From: Patescibacteria group bacterium | Lineage (GTDB): Bacteria; Patescibacteriota; UBA1384; 2-12-FULL-50-11 | Assembly: GCA_016861245.1 (NCBI GenBank) | Contig: BOKZ01000001.1 | Span: 280,962-344,961, forward strand | Direction: 5' to 3' | DNA: 64,000 nt | Part shown: positions 1-10,477 of the stretch, one piece after another | How positions within the stretch are numbered: position 1 is the first letter of the stretch | Layout of the letters: each line of letters opens with the position of its first letter | Position numbers and translations under genes: made by a program | The notes under the pieces: model-generated | The model's database searches: none | What the model was told of the DNA's origin: nothing | What the model saw: the letters and a program-made list of their open reading frames with translations, nothing else

Positions 1-2214
1 GGCCTACCAGTGCCACAAGGATTTATCGTGACGGCGGACGCTTATTTTGCTTTCATCAAAGATCATAAGCTTGATACTTTTATCGAGAAAGAGACAAAAA
101 ATCTCGATCCTGAAGATTCAAAGAAACTAAATGTTATTGCCGAAGCGCTACAAAAGGCCATTAAAGAGAACGAATTACCAAAGGCATTGCAGCAGCAGAT
201 AGAAAAAGCCTACGAAGAGATGCACGAGGGTCCGGTTGCTGTTCGCTCAAGCGCAACCGCCGAAGATCTGCCCGATGCTTCATTCGCCGGGCAGCAAGCA
301 ACATTTTTGAATATTGAGGGGAAAAAGCAGCTCATCAAAGCTATCCGAGAGTGCTGGGCGTCGCTGTTTGGAGCACGAGCGATCTACTACCGGACGGTTA
401 ATAAATTCGATCATATGAAAGTCGGTATCGCTGTGCCAGTTCAGAAAATGGTTCAGAGCGAGGTTTCCGGGATAATGTTTACCGTCGACCCAGTTAGTGA
501 GGACACCGGCAAGATCGTTATCGACGCAGGGCTCGGTCTAGGTGAAGCGATCGTTTCTGGTTCCGTAACCCCCGACCACTACGTCGTCGATAAGGAGAAA
601 ATGGAGATCGTAAGTAAAGAGATTCAGCCGCAAGCCTGGATGTTTGTTCGAGATACCGGCGGCAAGAATATTCACAAGAATCTAACAGAAGAACAGAAAA
701 AGAATCCGAAGCTGTCAGACGAGCAGATTATTGCGCTAGCGAAAATTGGTGCTCAAGTTGAGAAGCATTACGGTAAGCCACAAGATACTGAGTGGGCGTT
801 CGAGAACGGTAGCTTTTTCATGGTCCAGGCCCGACCAGTTACTACTCTTGGCGAGAAAAAAGCTAACGAGATAACACCCGAGAGTAGTTCGGAGCCAACA
901 ACGGATTTAAGTAAAGCTGAAGTTTTGTTGAGCGGCGCCGCGGCTTCGGTTGGATTGCGGAGCGGTCCGGTCAAAGTTATCCATAAACCGAGCGAGATCG
1001 ATAAAGTACTCCAGGGCGACGTATTGGTGACAGAGATGACATCTCCCGACTACGTACCGGCGATGCGTCGCGCCTCGGCGATCGTAACTGACACTGGTGG
1101 CAGAACCTCTCACGCCGCGATCGTTTCCAGGGAGCTTGGCATTCCGTGTGTTGTCGGTACCGGTACCGCCACTGCAACACTTAAAACCGGTCAAGTGGTA
1201 ACAGTCGACGGACAGTCCGGTAAAATCTACAAAGGTAAGGTCGGTTCTTCTGAAGTGTCAGCAGCTGCTCCAACTAAATTAACTGCTTCACAAGCACTTA
1301 TGACAGTACCGGTTACGGCTACGAAAGTGTATTTAAATCTAGCAGAGCCAGAAAAAGCCGAAGAGTACGCCGGATTACCAGTCGATGGCGTCGGGTTATT
1401 GCGAGCAGAGTTTATTATCGCTGGTATCGGTGAGCATCCGCGAGCGATGATCGAAGCTGGTCGTAGTAAGGAATACGTTCAGAAACTTTCGCAAGGTATC
1501 GCTACGATCACGCAAGCGTTTCATCCGCGACCGGTCGTCTATCGGTTTACTGATTTTAAGACCAACGAATATAAGTCACTCAAAGGTGGCGAAAAGTTTG
1601 AGCAACCAGAGAATAACCCGATGATTGGTTATCGAGGTGCGTCACGCTACATCGCCGAGCCGGACGAGTTTGCGCTCGAGATTGAAGCGATTAAGCAAGT
1701 ACGCGACGGAATGGATCTTAAAAACCTTCATGTAATGATTCCATTTGTTCGCACTGTCGAAGAGTTTCGTAAGGTCCGAGACCTGATGCACGAGAATAAC
1801 TTGCGCCAAGGGCCGGACTTTAAGCTTTGGATTATGGTGGAAGTGCCGTCAACAGTACTTGAGCTCGAAGAGTATATCAAAGAAGGCATCGACGGCGTCT
1901 CGATCGGCTCAAACGACTTAACACAACTAACGCTTGGCATTGACAGAGATTCGGCGAAATTAGCGGCTGAGTTCGACGAGCGATATCCGGCGGTATTAAA
2001 CTCGATTCTTCATGTCGTCCGAACCTGTCGCAAGCATCACGTTACTTGTTCGATCTGTGGCCAGGCGCCAAGCGTCTACCCAGAAATTACCGAGGCGATG
2101 GTGAAGGCCGGTACTACTAGCGTTTCGGTGGCTCCCGACGTCGCTATTTCTACGCGCAAGCTAATCGCGTCAGTCGAGAAAAAAATTCTCCTTGCACAGG
2201 CGATCGATACCTAA
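1..2214 (+). CDS. ppsA: Phosphoenolpyruvate synthase (pyruvate, water dikinase), 5'-truncated by the window edge.
   Basis: PEP-utilising mobile His domain motif TGGRTSHAAIVSRELGIPCVVG and a C-terminal PEP-utilising TIM barrel. The frame is open to base 1 (GLPVPQGFIV aligns with the PpsA N-domain), so about 40 aa are missing. Terminator hairpin at 2236-2258. Confidence 0.85.
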   Translation, partial: GLPVPQGFIVTADAYFAFIKDHKLDTFIEKETKNLDPEDSKKLNVIAEALQKAIKENELPKALQQQIEKAYEEMHEGPVAVRSSATAEDLPDASFAGQQATFLNIEGKKQLIKAIRECWASLFGARAIYYRTVNKFDHMKVGIAVPVQKMVQSEVSGIMFTVDPVSEDTGKIVIDAGLGLGEAIVSGSVTPDHYVVDKEKMEIVSKEIQPQAWMFVRDTGGKNIHKNLTEEQKKNPKLSDEQIIALAKIGAQVEKHYGKPQDTEWAFENGSFFMVQARPVTTLGEKKANEITPESSSEPTTDLSKAEVLLSGAAASVGLRSGPVKVIHKPSEIDKVLQGDVLVTEMTSPDYVPAMRRASAIVTDTGGRTSHAAIVSRELGIPCVVGTGTATATLKTGQVVTVDGQSGKIYKGKVGSSEVSAAAPTKLTASQALMTVPVTATKVYLNLAEPEKAEEYAGLPVDGVGLLRAEFIIAGIGEHPRAMIEAGRSKEYVQKLSQGIATITQAFHPRPVVYRFTDFKTNEYKSLKGGEKFEQPENNPMIGYRGASRYIAEPDEFALEIEAIKQVRDGMDLKNLHVMIPFVRTVEEFRKVRDLMHENNLRQGPDFKLWIMVEVPSTVLELEEYIKEGIDGVSIGSNDLTQLTLGIDRDSAKLAAEFDERYPAVLNSILHVVRTCRKHHVTCSICGQAPSVYPEITEAMVKAGTTSVSVAPDVAISTRKLIASVEKKILLAQAIDT

Positions 2215-2252
2215 TTATCCCGTTAACGTAAAAAGAAACCCCGCAAGCGGGG

Positions 2253-3380
2253 TTAGTGTGGACGATGTGCGGGAACAACATGCGGGTTGAGACCGATCTT
2301 CTTTAAACCATCGACCATCGAGCGGGCCAACTCTCCATCGGGACGACCGATGAACGTCGTTTTACCGTGAAAGTCTAGGAGTTTGTCGACGGCTTCTTCA
2401 TGTCCGAGAAAGATTGTCTCGGCTAAACAGCCAAACACAGTGTTGGCTACTAAGCTCATCTGTCGACAATGGTCGTTCCAATTGGTGCCTTCTGGCAGTA
2501 GTGCTAGCGAGCCGTCAACTATTGTGACGTCGGGTCGGGCAAGAGCCAGCGACAGCTCGGTGTTTAGCGGCTTACCGATGTCGATCATTATCGCGTTACG
2601 AGCAACCCAGTTTGGGTTAATTGCTAAGGCTGAGACGCTCGAAGTCGCTAGAAACGATAACCGGCAGCCAACTGCTTGGCAGAGATCTCCAACGACAAAC
2701 TCGGTGTGTGGGTGGCACTCGCGATATCGGGATAACTCCTTGCTGTGGTCTTGCTCTGACGTTCCTGTGGTTATTACGATACGCTGTGGTTTAAAAGCCT
2801 CAGCGGCCATAGTGACAACCCGAGAACCTGTGGAGCCGAATCCGCCCAATACCCCGATCGAGAACGGATAGCTGATTCTCGCTTGCTCCACAACTTTTTT
2901 CGCAATCTCAACCGAGAGCCCGCTTGTAACGGTATTGCCTGAGGTAACGACGAGGTACGGATCGGGTAGCGAACGAGCCTGCTGAAATACCGAACGGCCG
3001 TGCCCAGCCGCAATGGCCGTTGCCGCCCCAAGACCAAGTACGCTCAAGCTGGTTTTGGCGAGCTTGCGTAGTTCCTCTGGTGCCGCTAGCAGACGGTCGA
3101 TAGCAAGGTGATGCAGCGGGTGTTTTTGGTCGAGTAGCGCTGCAGAAGTTGCCGGAACTCCGAGAATGTGAACCACAATCTCGACACCGTCGCTACAAGT
3201 TATTACCGGGGAAGGACCGAAGTAGCATTGCGACGACTTGAGTCCGATCGCGAACTGTTCGGCTGTATCTTCTCGGACAACTCTTCCAAGTAGGCCGTTG
3301 CGTAGCTTTAGCGCTTCTTTTGCGCCGTGCCCGCCCTTAGCGGGGATGTTGATAAGAAAGCCGATATGTTCTCTCTTCAT
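2253..3380 (-). CDS. Hypothetical Rossmann-like protein with two GxGxxG motifs; family not recognised.
   Basis: Long ORF; GLGAATAIAAGHG and GVLGGFGSTGS glycine-rich loops. ATG at 3380 (MKREH) preferred over the TTG at 3413. Confidence 0.45.
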   Translation of the reverse strand: MKREHIGFLINIPAKGGHGAKEALKLRNGLLGRVVREDTAEQFAIGLKSSQCYFGPSPVITCSDGVEIVVHILGVPATSAALLDQKHPLHHLAIDRLLAAPEELRKLAKTSLSVLGLGAATAIAAGHGRSVFQQARSLPDPYLVVTSGNTVTSGLSVEIAKKVVEQARISYPFSIGVLGGFGSTGSRVVTMAAEAFKPQRIVITTGTSEQDHSKELSRYRECHPHTEFVVGDLCQAVGCRLSFLATSSVSALAINPNWVARNAIMIDIGKPLNTELSLALARPDVTIVDGSLALLPEGTNWNDHCRQMSLVANTVFGCLAETIFLGHEEAVDKLLDFHGKTTFIGRPDGELARSMVDGLKKIGLNPHVVPAHRPH

Positions 3381-3467
3381 GATAGTAGGTGCACCGAAAA
3401 CGTGACCGCTCAATTATAGGTAAATACACCAGTGGAATCAACGGAAGTGAAGTAGTATCATTCTTGT

Positions 3468-4205
3468 ATGACAATTAAGCTCGATCTAAAGCTCCTGGTG
3501 ATAGCGCTGGTGGTTATGATTCTCGTTATGTTTGGGCTCTGGCGGCCCTGGGAAAAAACAAAAAATCGAACGATCGAAGTGACCGGCCAAGCAGAGCTGA
3601 CTGCTGAGCCAGATGAATTTACGTTTAACGCCACATATCAGAAAACGGCTTCAGAACGAAAGACAGCGATTGCGGCAGTGTCCACGCTCGGTAACGATGT
3701 TGTGGCAAAACTAAAAGAACTTGGAGTTGAAGAGAAGAAGATCACTACCAATGTTAGTACCGGCGTCGGTTACTACGAGCCGGGTATGCCTATCTCAGAG
3801 GATACGCTGCGAAAAGACAACTCTTCGCTAACGGCAGTTTTTACGCTAACGGCGATTGTCAACGATAAAACGCTCGCTCAGAAAGTGACTGATTACATTG
3901 CCACTACTCCGGTACAGTACACAGTTACTCCGCAATACGGCTTCAGTAATAAGACTCGTAAAGAACTTGAAGCGAAAGCACGAACGCTTGCCCTAACTGA
4001 CGGGAAAAAGAAAGCGCTAGAAACTGCCGATACCCTCGGCGTAGAACTCGGAAAAGTTCAGAAAGTCTCAGAAGTTCAGTGGGGAGGCGGAATTATTCCC
4101 CTAGAAGGCAAGGTCGGCAGCGCTGACGCGGTAAGCTCTCCAATCATTCTTCCCGGCGAACAAGAGGTAAGTTTTTCGGTTACAATCACGTACGAACTTC
4201 GTTAA
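3468..4205 (+). CDS. SIMPL/DUF541 family membrane-anchored protein.
   Basis: N-terminal TM helix followed by a beta-rich domain of SIMPL type (26 kDa periplasmic immunogenic protein-like). Confidence 0.5.
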   Translation: MTIKLDLKLLVIALVVMILVMFGLWRPWEKTKNRTIEVTGQAELTAEPDEFTFNATYQKTASERKTAIAAVSTLGNDVVAKLKELGVEEKKITTNVSTGVGYYEPGMPISEDTLRKDNSSLTAVFTLTAIVNDKTLAQKVTDYIATTPVQYTVTPQYGFSNKTRKELEAKARTLALTDGKKKALETADTLGVELGKVQKVSEVQWGGGIIPLEGKVGSADAVSSPIILPGEQEVSFSVTITYELR

Positions 4206-4866
4206 CAGGTAGCAAAAAGCTGTATTCAGCAAAAAAGTGTTTGTTTTTAGTCATAATCAGCTCGATAATTTCCGCAAAACCGGGCATTAGTTCTTCAGGT
4301 CTAATATCGTTAGCTCTCATCCAAAAACATTCGCCTATTACAGAGTCGGTTTTGAGCGATCCAGTAGTTTGTTTGCCGTGAAAAACGTGGAAGAGCATAT
4401 GAGTTAGTAGCGACTCGTCGTCTTCAACGGTTAGATAAACATCTCCCGCGTGTCTGAGTTCGGAAATTAGCCCAGTTTTTTCTTCAAGCTCTCGGTTTGC
4501 GGCGTCTTGGATACGTTCGCCAAGGTGAATTTTACCGTACGGAAAGCCGATCAGCCCGAAGAACGGTTGTTTAGTCCGGCGGTAAAGCAACCATTCTCCC
4601 CGGTCGTTTTGGCAAGCGATAAGCGTAACAATTTTTGGTTGGATCCTGGGCTGCATACTCTTTAGGCTCAGCGTATCGACCATACGCAACCCTTTTCGAG
4701 TGAGCCTGTAACCGGCCGTTACCTTCTCGACAAATCCGTCACGAATTAGTTTCCGCAGGTGATACATAAATAAATTCCCCTCGACGTCTTTTGGCTTAAT
4801 GTCTCGGTACCTGCAGATGTCTTTGTGAATTAACTGCTTGATGACGTATTTCTGTATTTCATGCAT
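4186..4866 (-). CDS. NUDIX hydrolase with N-terminal winged-helix domain.
   Basis: Nudix box GLIGFPYGKIHLGERIQDAANRELEEKTG (GX5EX7REUXEEXGU). ATG start with a GAGG SD. Confidence 0.75.
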   Translation of the reverse strand: MHEIQKYVIKQLIHKDICRYRDIKPKDVEGNLFMYHLRKLIRDGFVEKVTAGYRLTRKGLRMVDTLSLKSMQPRIQPKIVTLIACQNDRGEWLLYRRTKQPFFGLIGFPYGKIHLGERIQDAANRELEEKTGLISELRHAGDVYLTVEDDESLLTHMLFHVFHGKQTTGSLKTDSVIGECFWMRANDIRPEELMPGFAEIIELIMTKNKHFFAEYSFLLPVNEVRT

Positions 4867-5011
4867 AGCCTCTACTGCATACAGTATTGACTCAACAGCT
4901 GTAAAGCCTAGGGTAGTCGACTCAAAATATTTTGACTAGATTCAACAGTCCAACCTGTTATCCTCCACTCGTTGGAGGGAACTCCGGCAATGCACATTTT
5001 AGTGAGGTCTT

Positions 5012-6118
5012 ATGAAGATAATCGCAGTAACGGGTGGAGATGTTTCAGGGAAAACTGATAGCTGGAGACGGCTACCGACGGACCTGAAGGCAAGGGTACT
5101 TCAAGTACCGGAGATCGCTACGGCTTTAATGGGAGCGGGGAAGGCGCTCCCTGCGCTGGGGATTGATATTGAAGTTCAACCAGAAACGCTTCAGCAATAT
5201 CAAGGTGTATTTCGACTAGCACAGTTGGTTGCTGAAGATTCGTGGCGGATGGTGGCAGCAGCCGAAGGCAAGAAGCTTGTTTGGTGCGATCGAGGGATTC
5301 CAGATCTAGTTGCCTACGAACAAGGTGGTTGGCTAGCGGTCGAACAGGCGTTCGGAATGACAAAACAGGAGATTTACGATCGCTACGATCACGTCATCGT
5401 CCTGCGTTCTCTAGCGAACTACGATCCGGAACGGTATCTCCAAATCCAAAAGGAGAATCCGAGTCGGACACCGAGGAGCGTCGAAGAGGTCTTGGCGTTG
5501 GACGAACGAACCAGATCAGCCTGGGCGGATCACCCTGGACTTATTGAGGTAGATGGCAGCAGGGGTATCGACGAGGTCGTTCGTCAGATCGCTGCAGTCG
5601 TGAGGGAATTAACGAGTAAGGAAATAGAAAAGAAGTTCTTGCTCCGTGAGTTACCGGACCTATCTCAATTCCAGCGCGTCGTTCGTGTCTTCCAGCGTCA
5701 AGGTTATTTAATCGCTAAAGACGATGTCGAGCAGCGTCTTCGTCGAGCAGCGGTCGAAAACGGACCGATCGAGTATTTCCACACCGTTAAGGGCGACGGG
5801 ACTGTCTCGAGAAGCGAGTACGAGGATCCAAACCTACACGAGTGGGCATTCGAAGCTCTTTGGGGGCATATCGTTGGGCATCCGATCGAAAAGATCCGCC
5901 ATCTCTCGCTCTGGCAGGGTGTGATCTATGAGATCGACCATTACCAGCAGCCGGGACAGATGTTTGTGGTTGAAGCCAACTTCTCTAGCGAGGACGAGGC
6001 CGCAGCGTTTGTGTTGCCTGCGTGGATGGCAAATGCCATTGATGTCACTGACGACAAACGCTTCAAAGCTAAAAACATCGCTCGAAACGGGATCCCCGAT
6101 CTCAGCGAACTCTGGTAA
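5012..6118 (+). CDS. P-loop NTPase/kinase-like domain fused to a C-terminal CYTH (triphosphate tunnel) domain.
   Basis: N-terminal Walker A VTGGDVSGKT. The C-terminal domain opens with the CYTH signature EIEKKFLL. Terminator hairpin at 6123-6145. Confidence 0.6.
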   Translation: MKIIAVTGGDVSGKTDSWRRLPTDLKARVLQVPEIATALMGAGKALPALGIDIEVQPETLQQYQGVFRLAQLVAEDSWRMVAAAEGKKLVWCDRGIPDLVAYEQGGWLAVEQAFGMTKQEIYDRYDHVIVLRSLANYDPERYLQIQKENPSRTPRSVEEVLALDERTRSAWADHPGLIEVDGSRGIDEVVRQIAAVVRELTSKEIEKKFLLRELPDLSQFQRVVRVFQRQGYLIAKDDVEQRLRRAAVENGPIEYFHTVKGDGTVSRSEYEDPNLHEWAFEALWGHIVGHPIEKIRHLSLWQGVIYEIDHYQQPGQMFVVEANFSSEDEAAAFVLPAWMANAIDVTDDKRFKAKNIARNGIPDLSELW

Positions 6119-6152
6119 CTACCCGCGGGGCCATGTGCCCCGCTTTTATTCA

Positions 6153-7142
6153 TTAGTAGTTTTTCCAAGCTTCGTAGCCGAGTGAAGTTGTTGATTCTTG
6201 CCCAAGTAGTCCGATTTGTTTAAATGGGGCAGCGATATCTTGATCGTACAAAAACGGCCAGATTACAATTCTTGGCGGAATGCGTTCAGTTAATTGCTTA
6301 AATTGTTGCACAAACTGAGCCTGCTCTGCTTCGGAGCTCTCCCAGCCGATAGTCGGAGTTTCACGGAACCATCCGATTTCAGTAAATGCGACTGGTAGCG
6401 ACGTATAATTAGCAATTTCTGAATAGTACCCGTCAGGGATTTCGACAGGGCTCTTGTAAATTAAACACGGATAGCTGGTAAACGCCACGAAATCTAGATT
6501 CTTGATCTCGGTAATTAGGGGCCAACTATTTATACTGGGATCGTTTTTCCCACCGAATAGACCGCCACGCATGCCCTTTACTCGCTCCAGCTGAAAGATT
6601 GTAAATACTTTAGTGTCGGGTGATGCAGCCCGAACATCGGTTGCCAGCTGTTCGATTATTCTGATCAAATTCTCGTAACGAGTCGGCGACTCTAAATATA
6701 TCTCATCGATCTCGTTACCTAACCCGATATACGGAACGTCGTTCTCTTTAATAAAGTTTAGCACTGCATTCCGAAAGTTTTCTCGACCGATGCCATCGAG
6801 CACTTCGTTGTTGTTCGGGCCGGTAATAATGATGGGGGTAATATTATACTTCCTAGATTGTTCGATGACAGTTCGGGCGGCGTTACCGGTTGTTTTTGCT
6901 AAATCTTGATAATTTCCTGCCCAGCTAAGCGCGTTGCCGATACTCGGAATAAGTTTGAAGAAAGCATTGAGGTCAGCCACGCTACTTGATTTTGGCGACC
7001 AACTTACGCCCCTTAACCTCTGTTGGTCGTAACTTATGGTTGTTTCTGTATTTGCACTAGGTTGTTTCGCTCTTTTAAAGAGAATTAATGCGCTCACGAG
7101 TAGTATTGCGACGAGTACAGTCCACAACACAATTTTTTTCAT
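6153..7142 (-). CDS. Membrane-anchored glycoside hydrolase, GH5-like (beta/alpha)8 barrel.
   Basis: N-terminal TM. GLGNEIDE (NEP acid/base) and FTEIGW (nucleophile Glu) motifs with spacing typical of clan GH-A. Confidence 0.55.
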   Translation of the reverse strand: MKKIVLWTVLVAILLVSALILFKRAKQPSANTETTISYDQQRLRGVSWSPKSSSVADLNAFFKLIPSIGNALSWAGNYQDLAKTTGNAARTVIEQSRKYNITPIIITGPNNNEVLDGIGRENFRNAVLNFIKENDVPYIGLGNEIDEIYLESPTRYENLIRIIEQLATDVRAASPDTKVFTIFQLERVKGMRGGLFGGKNDPSINSWPLITEIKNLDFVAFTSYPCLIYKSPVEIPDGYYSEIANYTSLPVAFTEIGWFRETPTIGWESSEAEQAQFVQQFKQLTERIPPRIVIWPFLYDQDIAAPFKQIGLLGQESTTSLGYEAWKNY

Positions 7143-7143
7143 G

Positions 7144-7533
7144 CTATCTCGCTTTGAATTTTAGCGAAGTGGAGTTTATGCAGTACCGTTTACCGGTTTT
7201 ATCTTGGGGGCCATCGTCAAAAACGTGTCCTAGGTGACCACCGCAATTAGCGCACGTTACTTCAGTGCGAACCATTCCGTGTGATCGGTCTTCGTGTAAC
7301 TCTATGGTTCCTTGTTTAGCAACATCAAAAAAGCTCGGCCAGCCGCAGTGTGAGTCGTACTTTGTTTCCGAGTTAAATAGCTTATTGTTACAGGCTGCGC
7401 AGACGTAATCACCGTTTTCGTGAAAATCGACGTACTCTCCCGAGAACGGTGCGTCAGTTCCCTTTAGCCTCAATACTTCGTACTGCTCGGGGGTTAGACT
7501 CTCTTTCCATTGATCCTCAGTTAGTTGCTGCAT
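7144..7533 (-). CDS. msrB: Peptide methionine-(R)-sulfoxide reductase MsrB.
   Basis: CxxC...CxxC zinc site and the [10 protein letters not shown] catalytic motif. Start placed at MQQLTEDQW to avoid overlap with the upstream gene. Confidence 0.85.
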   Translation of the reverse strand: MQQLTEDQWKESLTPEQYEVLRLKGTDAPFSGEYVDFHENGDYVCAACNNKLFNSETKYDSHCGWPSFFDVAKQGTIELHEDRSHGMVRTEVTCANCGGHLGHVFDDGPQDKTGKRYCINSTSLKFKAR

Positions 7534-8269
7534 TGGTTGGCTTCTGTTTAGTAACCGCAAAGATGACAGCAACTACTAGCAGTATGCCGACAGCCTGTAC
7601 AGTCGTGACGATACTTTTTTGAAGTGGAAAATTCACCCAGATTCCAGCGATCGCCCAAAGAATAACCAGTGTGTAGGCGGCGTCCCTAAGTCGTAATGCA
7701 AAGATAATGCCAAGTAGTCCAGCAATAGTTATCATTATCGAAGCCCAAGCTGACTCGATAATTCCAAAGCCGTTCCAAGAGACGTAATCCAAGTACGCAG
7801 CGACGTTGGCAATTGTAGCCACTGATATCCAACCCAAATAAACACTAAAAGGTAGACTGCTCATCCAATACTCACGTTTATCTAGGGCGGGTCGTGATAG
7901 CATATAGATTCGAATTAGTGAGAGTAGCAGAACCACCATTAAGACTACGCTCAATCCAAATTGTTGGTAGTGCCAGCTTAATAACCAGGCACTATTTGCG
8001 ACAGAACTTAACAGGTACCAGGGTGCTATTCGAGAAATTCGTCCATTGTCGTCGGATCGATTTAAGAAGGTGTAGATCGTGAAACTTATCAATAGTAGAT
8101 ATATCACTCCCCAGATACTGAACACGTATCCTGCCGGCACAAAAAAGACGTCAAACGAATCAGAAACAGCAGCAGTGGTTAGGCCGTTAAATGGCAGTAT
8201 GTTAGCCAGAACGTTACATGTAAGCACAAGTAGTGTTGAACAAATAATAGTTACTCGAGGAATCATCAC
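7517..8269 (-). CDS. Tryptophan-rich multi-pass membrane protein, TspO/MBR-like.
   Basis: Five or six TM helices; the FNGL...[15 protein letters not shown] block resembles the TspO N-region. Confidence 0.35.
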   Translation of the reverse strand: MMIPRVTIICSTLLVLTCNVLANILPFNGLTTAAVSDSFDVFFVPAGYVFSIWGVIYLLLISFTIYTFLNRSDDNGRISRIAPWYLLSSVANSAWLLSWHYQQFGLSVVLMVVLLLSLIRIYMLSRPALDKREYWMSSLPFSVYLGWISVATIANVAAYLDYVSWNGFGIIESAWASIMITIAGLLGIIFALRLRDAAYTLVILWAIAGIWVNFPLQKSIVTTVQAVGILLVVAVIFAVTKQKPTNAATN

Positions 8270-8839
8270 TTAAACTATACCCTGGACTTCTTTATATCGG
8301 AAGCAACTAACAACGTGGTCGTTAACCAAACCAGCGCCCTGCATAAAAGCGTAACAAACGGTCGAGCCGCAAAACGTAAAACCCCTTTTCTTCATATCTT
8401 TACTCATTGCGTCAGACTCAGGGCTGGTTGCGCCAATATCAGAATCTTGAAGGTAATGATTAATAATTGGCCGATCATTCACGAATCCCCAAAGATAACT
8501 AGCGAAGCTGCCGAACTCCTTCTGAGCTTTCAGGAATGCCTGGGCATTTTTAACTGTCCCCCGGATCTTTAATCTGTTCCGAATGATATTTTTATCTTGG
8601 ATCAGCTCCTCAATTTTTTTCTCAGAATAATTGGCGATTTTTTGAGGGTTAAAGTTATCGAAAGCTTGGCGAAAACCCTCTCGTTTATTCAATACAATTG
8701 CCCAACTTAAGCCAGCTTGGAATGTATCGAGAACTACAAACTCAAACAGCTTTTGATCGTCATAGCACGGCACCCCCCACTCTTCGTCGTGATAACGAAC
8801 CATCAGCTCGTTTTTACCCGGCCAGCTACACCGTTCCAT
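8270..8839 (-). CDS. tag: DNA-3-methyladenine glycosylase I.
   Basis: MERCSW...YHDEEWGVP...FQAGLSW...IIRNRLKI. Near-canonical Tag motifs; length 189 aa. Confidence 0.9.
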   Translation of the reverse strand: MERCSWPGKNELMVRYHDEEWGVPCYDDQKLFEFVVLDTFQAGLSWAIVLNKREGFRQAFDNFNPQKIANYSEKKIEELIQDKNIIRNRLKIRGTVKNAQAFLKAQKEFGSFASYLWGFVNDRPIINHYLQDSDIGATSPESDAMSKDMKKRGFTFCGSTVCYAFMQGAGLVNDHVVSCFRYKEVQGIV

Positions 8840-8843
8840 GCAG

Positions 8844-9224
8844 TTAGTTTTTTTTGATGGTTTGCATCAGGCCGAATATATTGCCCTGCGGGTCTTCGCA
8901 GTAGCACCAGCGCATAATTTCTTCTGGCCCCATCGGCATATCAGCCAGCGGTTTTACAACCTTCCCGCCGTTAGCCTCAATATCTTTAATCGTTGCGGCG
9001 ATATCTTCGGTTTCAATAGTGTTGATAGTTTTTTCGCTCTCGTAACGCTTCATAATGCCGCCAAAGATTGCTCCCTCTGCTCTATCTTCTGTCTTGCCCA
9101 CCATCCAATAGTCGCTGCCTGGCCACAAGTTAATCTCCCAGCCTAGGGCTTTTTTATAAAACTCAGATAATTTCTCCGGATCTTCTGCGCCGATTTCGAA
9201 ATGGACGACTCTATTTTTACTCAT
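8844..9224 (-). CDS. VOC/glyoxalase-bleomycin resistance family protein.
   Basis: Size and betaalphabetabetabeta-type motif pattern (HFEI...FGL). Confidence 0.6.
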   Translation of the reverse strand: MSKNRVVHFEIGAEDPEKLSEFYKKALGWEINLWPGSDYWMVGKTEDRAEGAIFGGIMKRYESEKTINTIETEDIAATIKDIEANGGKVVKPLADMPMGPEEIMRWCYCEDPQGNIFGLMQTIKKN

Positions 9225-9353
9225 TCACGCTCCTTTTTTGTATATCTATTCGCATTATACTACGAAAATACAGGGTGTGATTATTGGATAAGGTACGGGA
9301 GTGTGTAAAAAAAGCACCAGACCGAGGCCTGGTGCATGATTGTTTGCGTGGAT

Positions 9354-9776
9354 TTACACTTCGTTACCACAGTGATGGCGGAAGGCGAGATTTATCCCCG
9401 ACAGAATCCGCCCAAACACACTAAGTGCTTCTTTTTCGTCCGTGATTGGCCAGACGCTAACAGCCGATGTCCACGTACCCGTCAATTCGCCCGGGCCAGT
9501 TTTTCTCTCGCTGTTGTCTTTCCGGATATCTGCGCCAACCAAGGTTCCGTCCAGGGGTTGATGGGTGCTCTTGCCGTTAGCAAGGAATACACGCCAAGTA
9601 CTGTCGTTGTCTTCAACCCAGAGCCACCCGTGCCGGATGGTTACTGGGATGATCCCCAGGAACTTTTTCCTATCAAGAACTGGCACTGACTCTCCGAATT
9701 GTTCGACTAGTTTTGCAATCTTTTCTGCGGTTGTTTTTTCCATGTTCGAACTGCGTGTGAATTCTACTATAGACAA
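9354..9776 (-). CDS. Hypothetical protein.
   Basis: ORF followed on the minus strand by a hairpin plus T-run terminator (9305-9340). The antisense ORF 9336-9689 is rejected. Confidence 0.45.
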   Translation of the reverse strand: MSIVEFTRSSNMEKTTAEKIAKLVEQFGESVPVLDRKKFLGIIPVTIRHGWLWVEDNDSTWRVFLANGKSTHQPLDGTLVGADIRKDNSERKTGPGELTGTWTSAVSVWPITDEKEALSVFGRILSGINLAFRHHCGNEV

Positions 9777-10169
9777 CCTTAAATGTCAATGGTTTGACCA
9801 AGAAAATGGAGATAAGTTGTTCCGTCAGAAACCTGCCCAGTACCCCACAAAAAGCACTAGTATCGACCAGACAAGAGAAATTACCGAAAGCACCCTGGAA
9901 AACTTAATTACCTGCAAGGCCTCTGCTGAAGTTGGCTCATTTTTGGCAGATCTCAGAAAAAAACGTTTATCTTCATAATTATTGGAACAACAGTAAGACA
10001 GAAAAGACCATATGTCGCGTAACTATTTAGCGCTTCGATAAAGGCGGGGAACCAAACTATACCAGCGATCGAGACTAAAAATGTGAGTTTCGCAAACAAG
10101 ATCATATGACGCTTGATTATCACTTTAGTAGCTTTTGGAAGTAATGAGATTATGTGGGGTCTCTTTCTG

Positions 10170-10187
10170 TGCGGAGAGGGAGGGATT
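10170..10187. repeat. 18-nt perfect direct repeat of the tRNA-Ser 3' end (att-like remnant).
   Basis: tgcggagagggagggatt is identical at 10170-10187 and at 10312-10329 inside the tRNA; the copies are 125 bp apart. Confidence 0.7.
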
Positions 10188-10313
10188 TGTCGCTGTGCTC
10201 CAACTTCTCAATCGCTTCGCTCATTCGCAGTCGAACCATAACGCAACGCGTTAGGTTCTCACCCTACCTATCGGATCGCAAACATCCCCACAGGAGTGGG
10301 TATATCTACAATG

Positions 10314-10400
10314 CGGAGAGGGAGGGATTCGAACCCTCGATACCCTTGCGGATATATCGCCTTTCCAAGGCGACGCACTAGGCCACTATGCGACCTCTCC
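10314..10400 (-). tRNA. tRNA-Ser(GGA), class II with a long variable arm.
   Basis: Manual fold: acceptor GGAGAGG/CCTCTCC, anticodon loop TTGGAAA, 18-nt variable arm, T-loop TTCGAAT, discriminator G. Confidence 0.8.
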
Positions 10401-10477
10401 TAACGAATTCCTGGTAATTTTACCTGAAAACTGTAAAAAAATATGCCCACTCATCGCACGAGTGGGCAGGTCGGCAA

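Noticed and set aside
768-1940. Several small minus-strand ORFs inside ppsA.
   Set aside because: Antisense shadow ORFs within a conserved coding region.
9336-9689. Plus-strand 117-aa ORF.
   Set aside because: Antisense to the better-supported minus-strand gene that has a terminator.
9940-10105. Unlisted 51-aa hydrophobic minus-strand ORF (MILFAKLTFLVSIAGIVWF...).
   Set aside because: Plausible small membrane protein, but it is too short to support without conservation or expression data. Not annotated.
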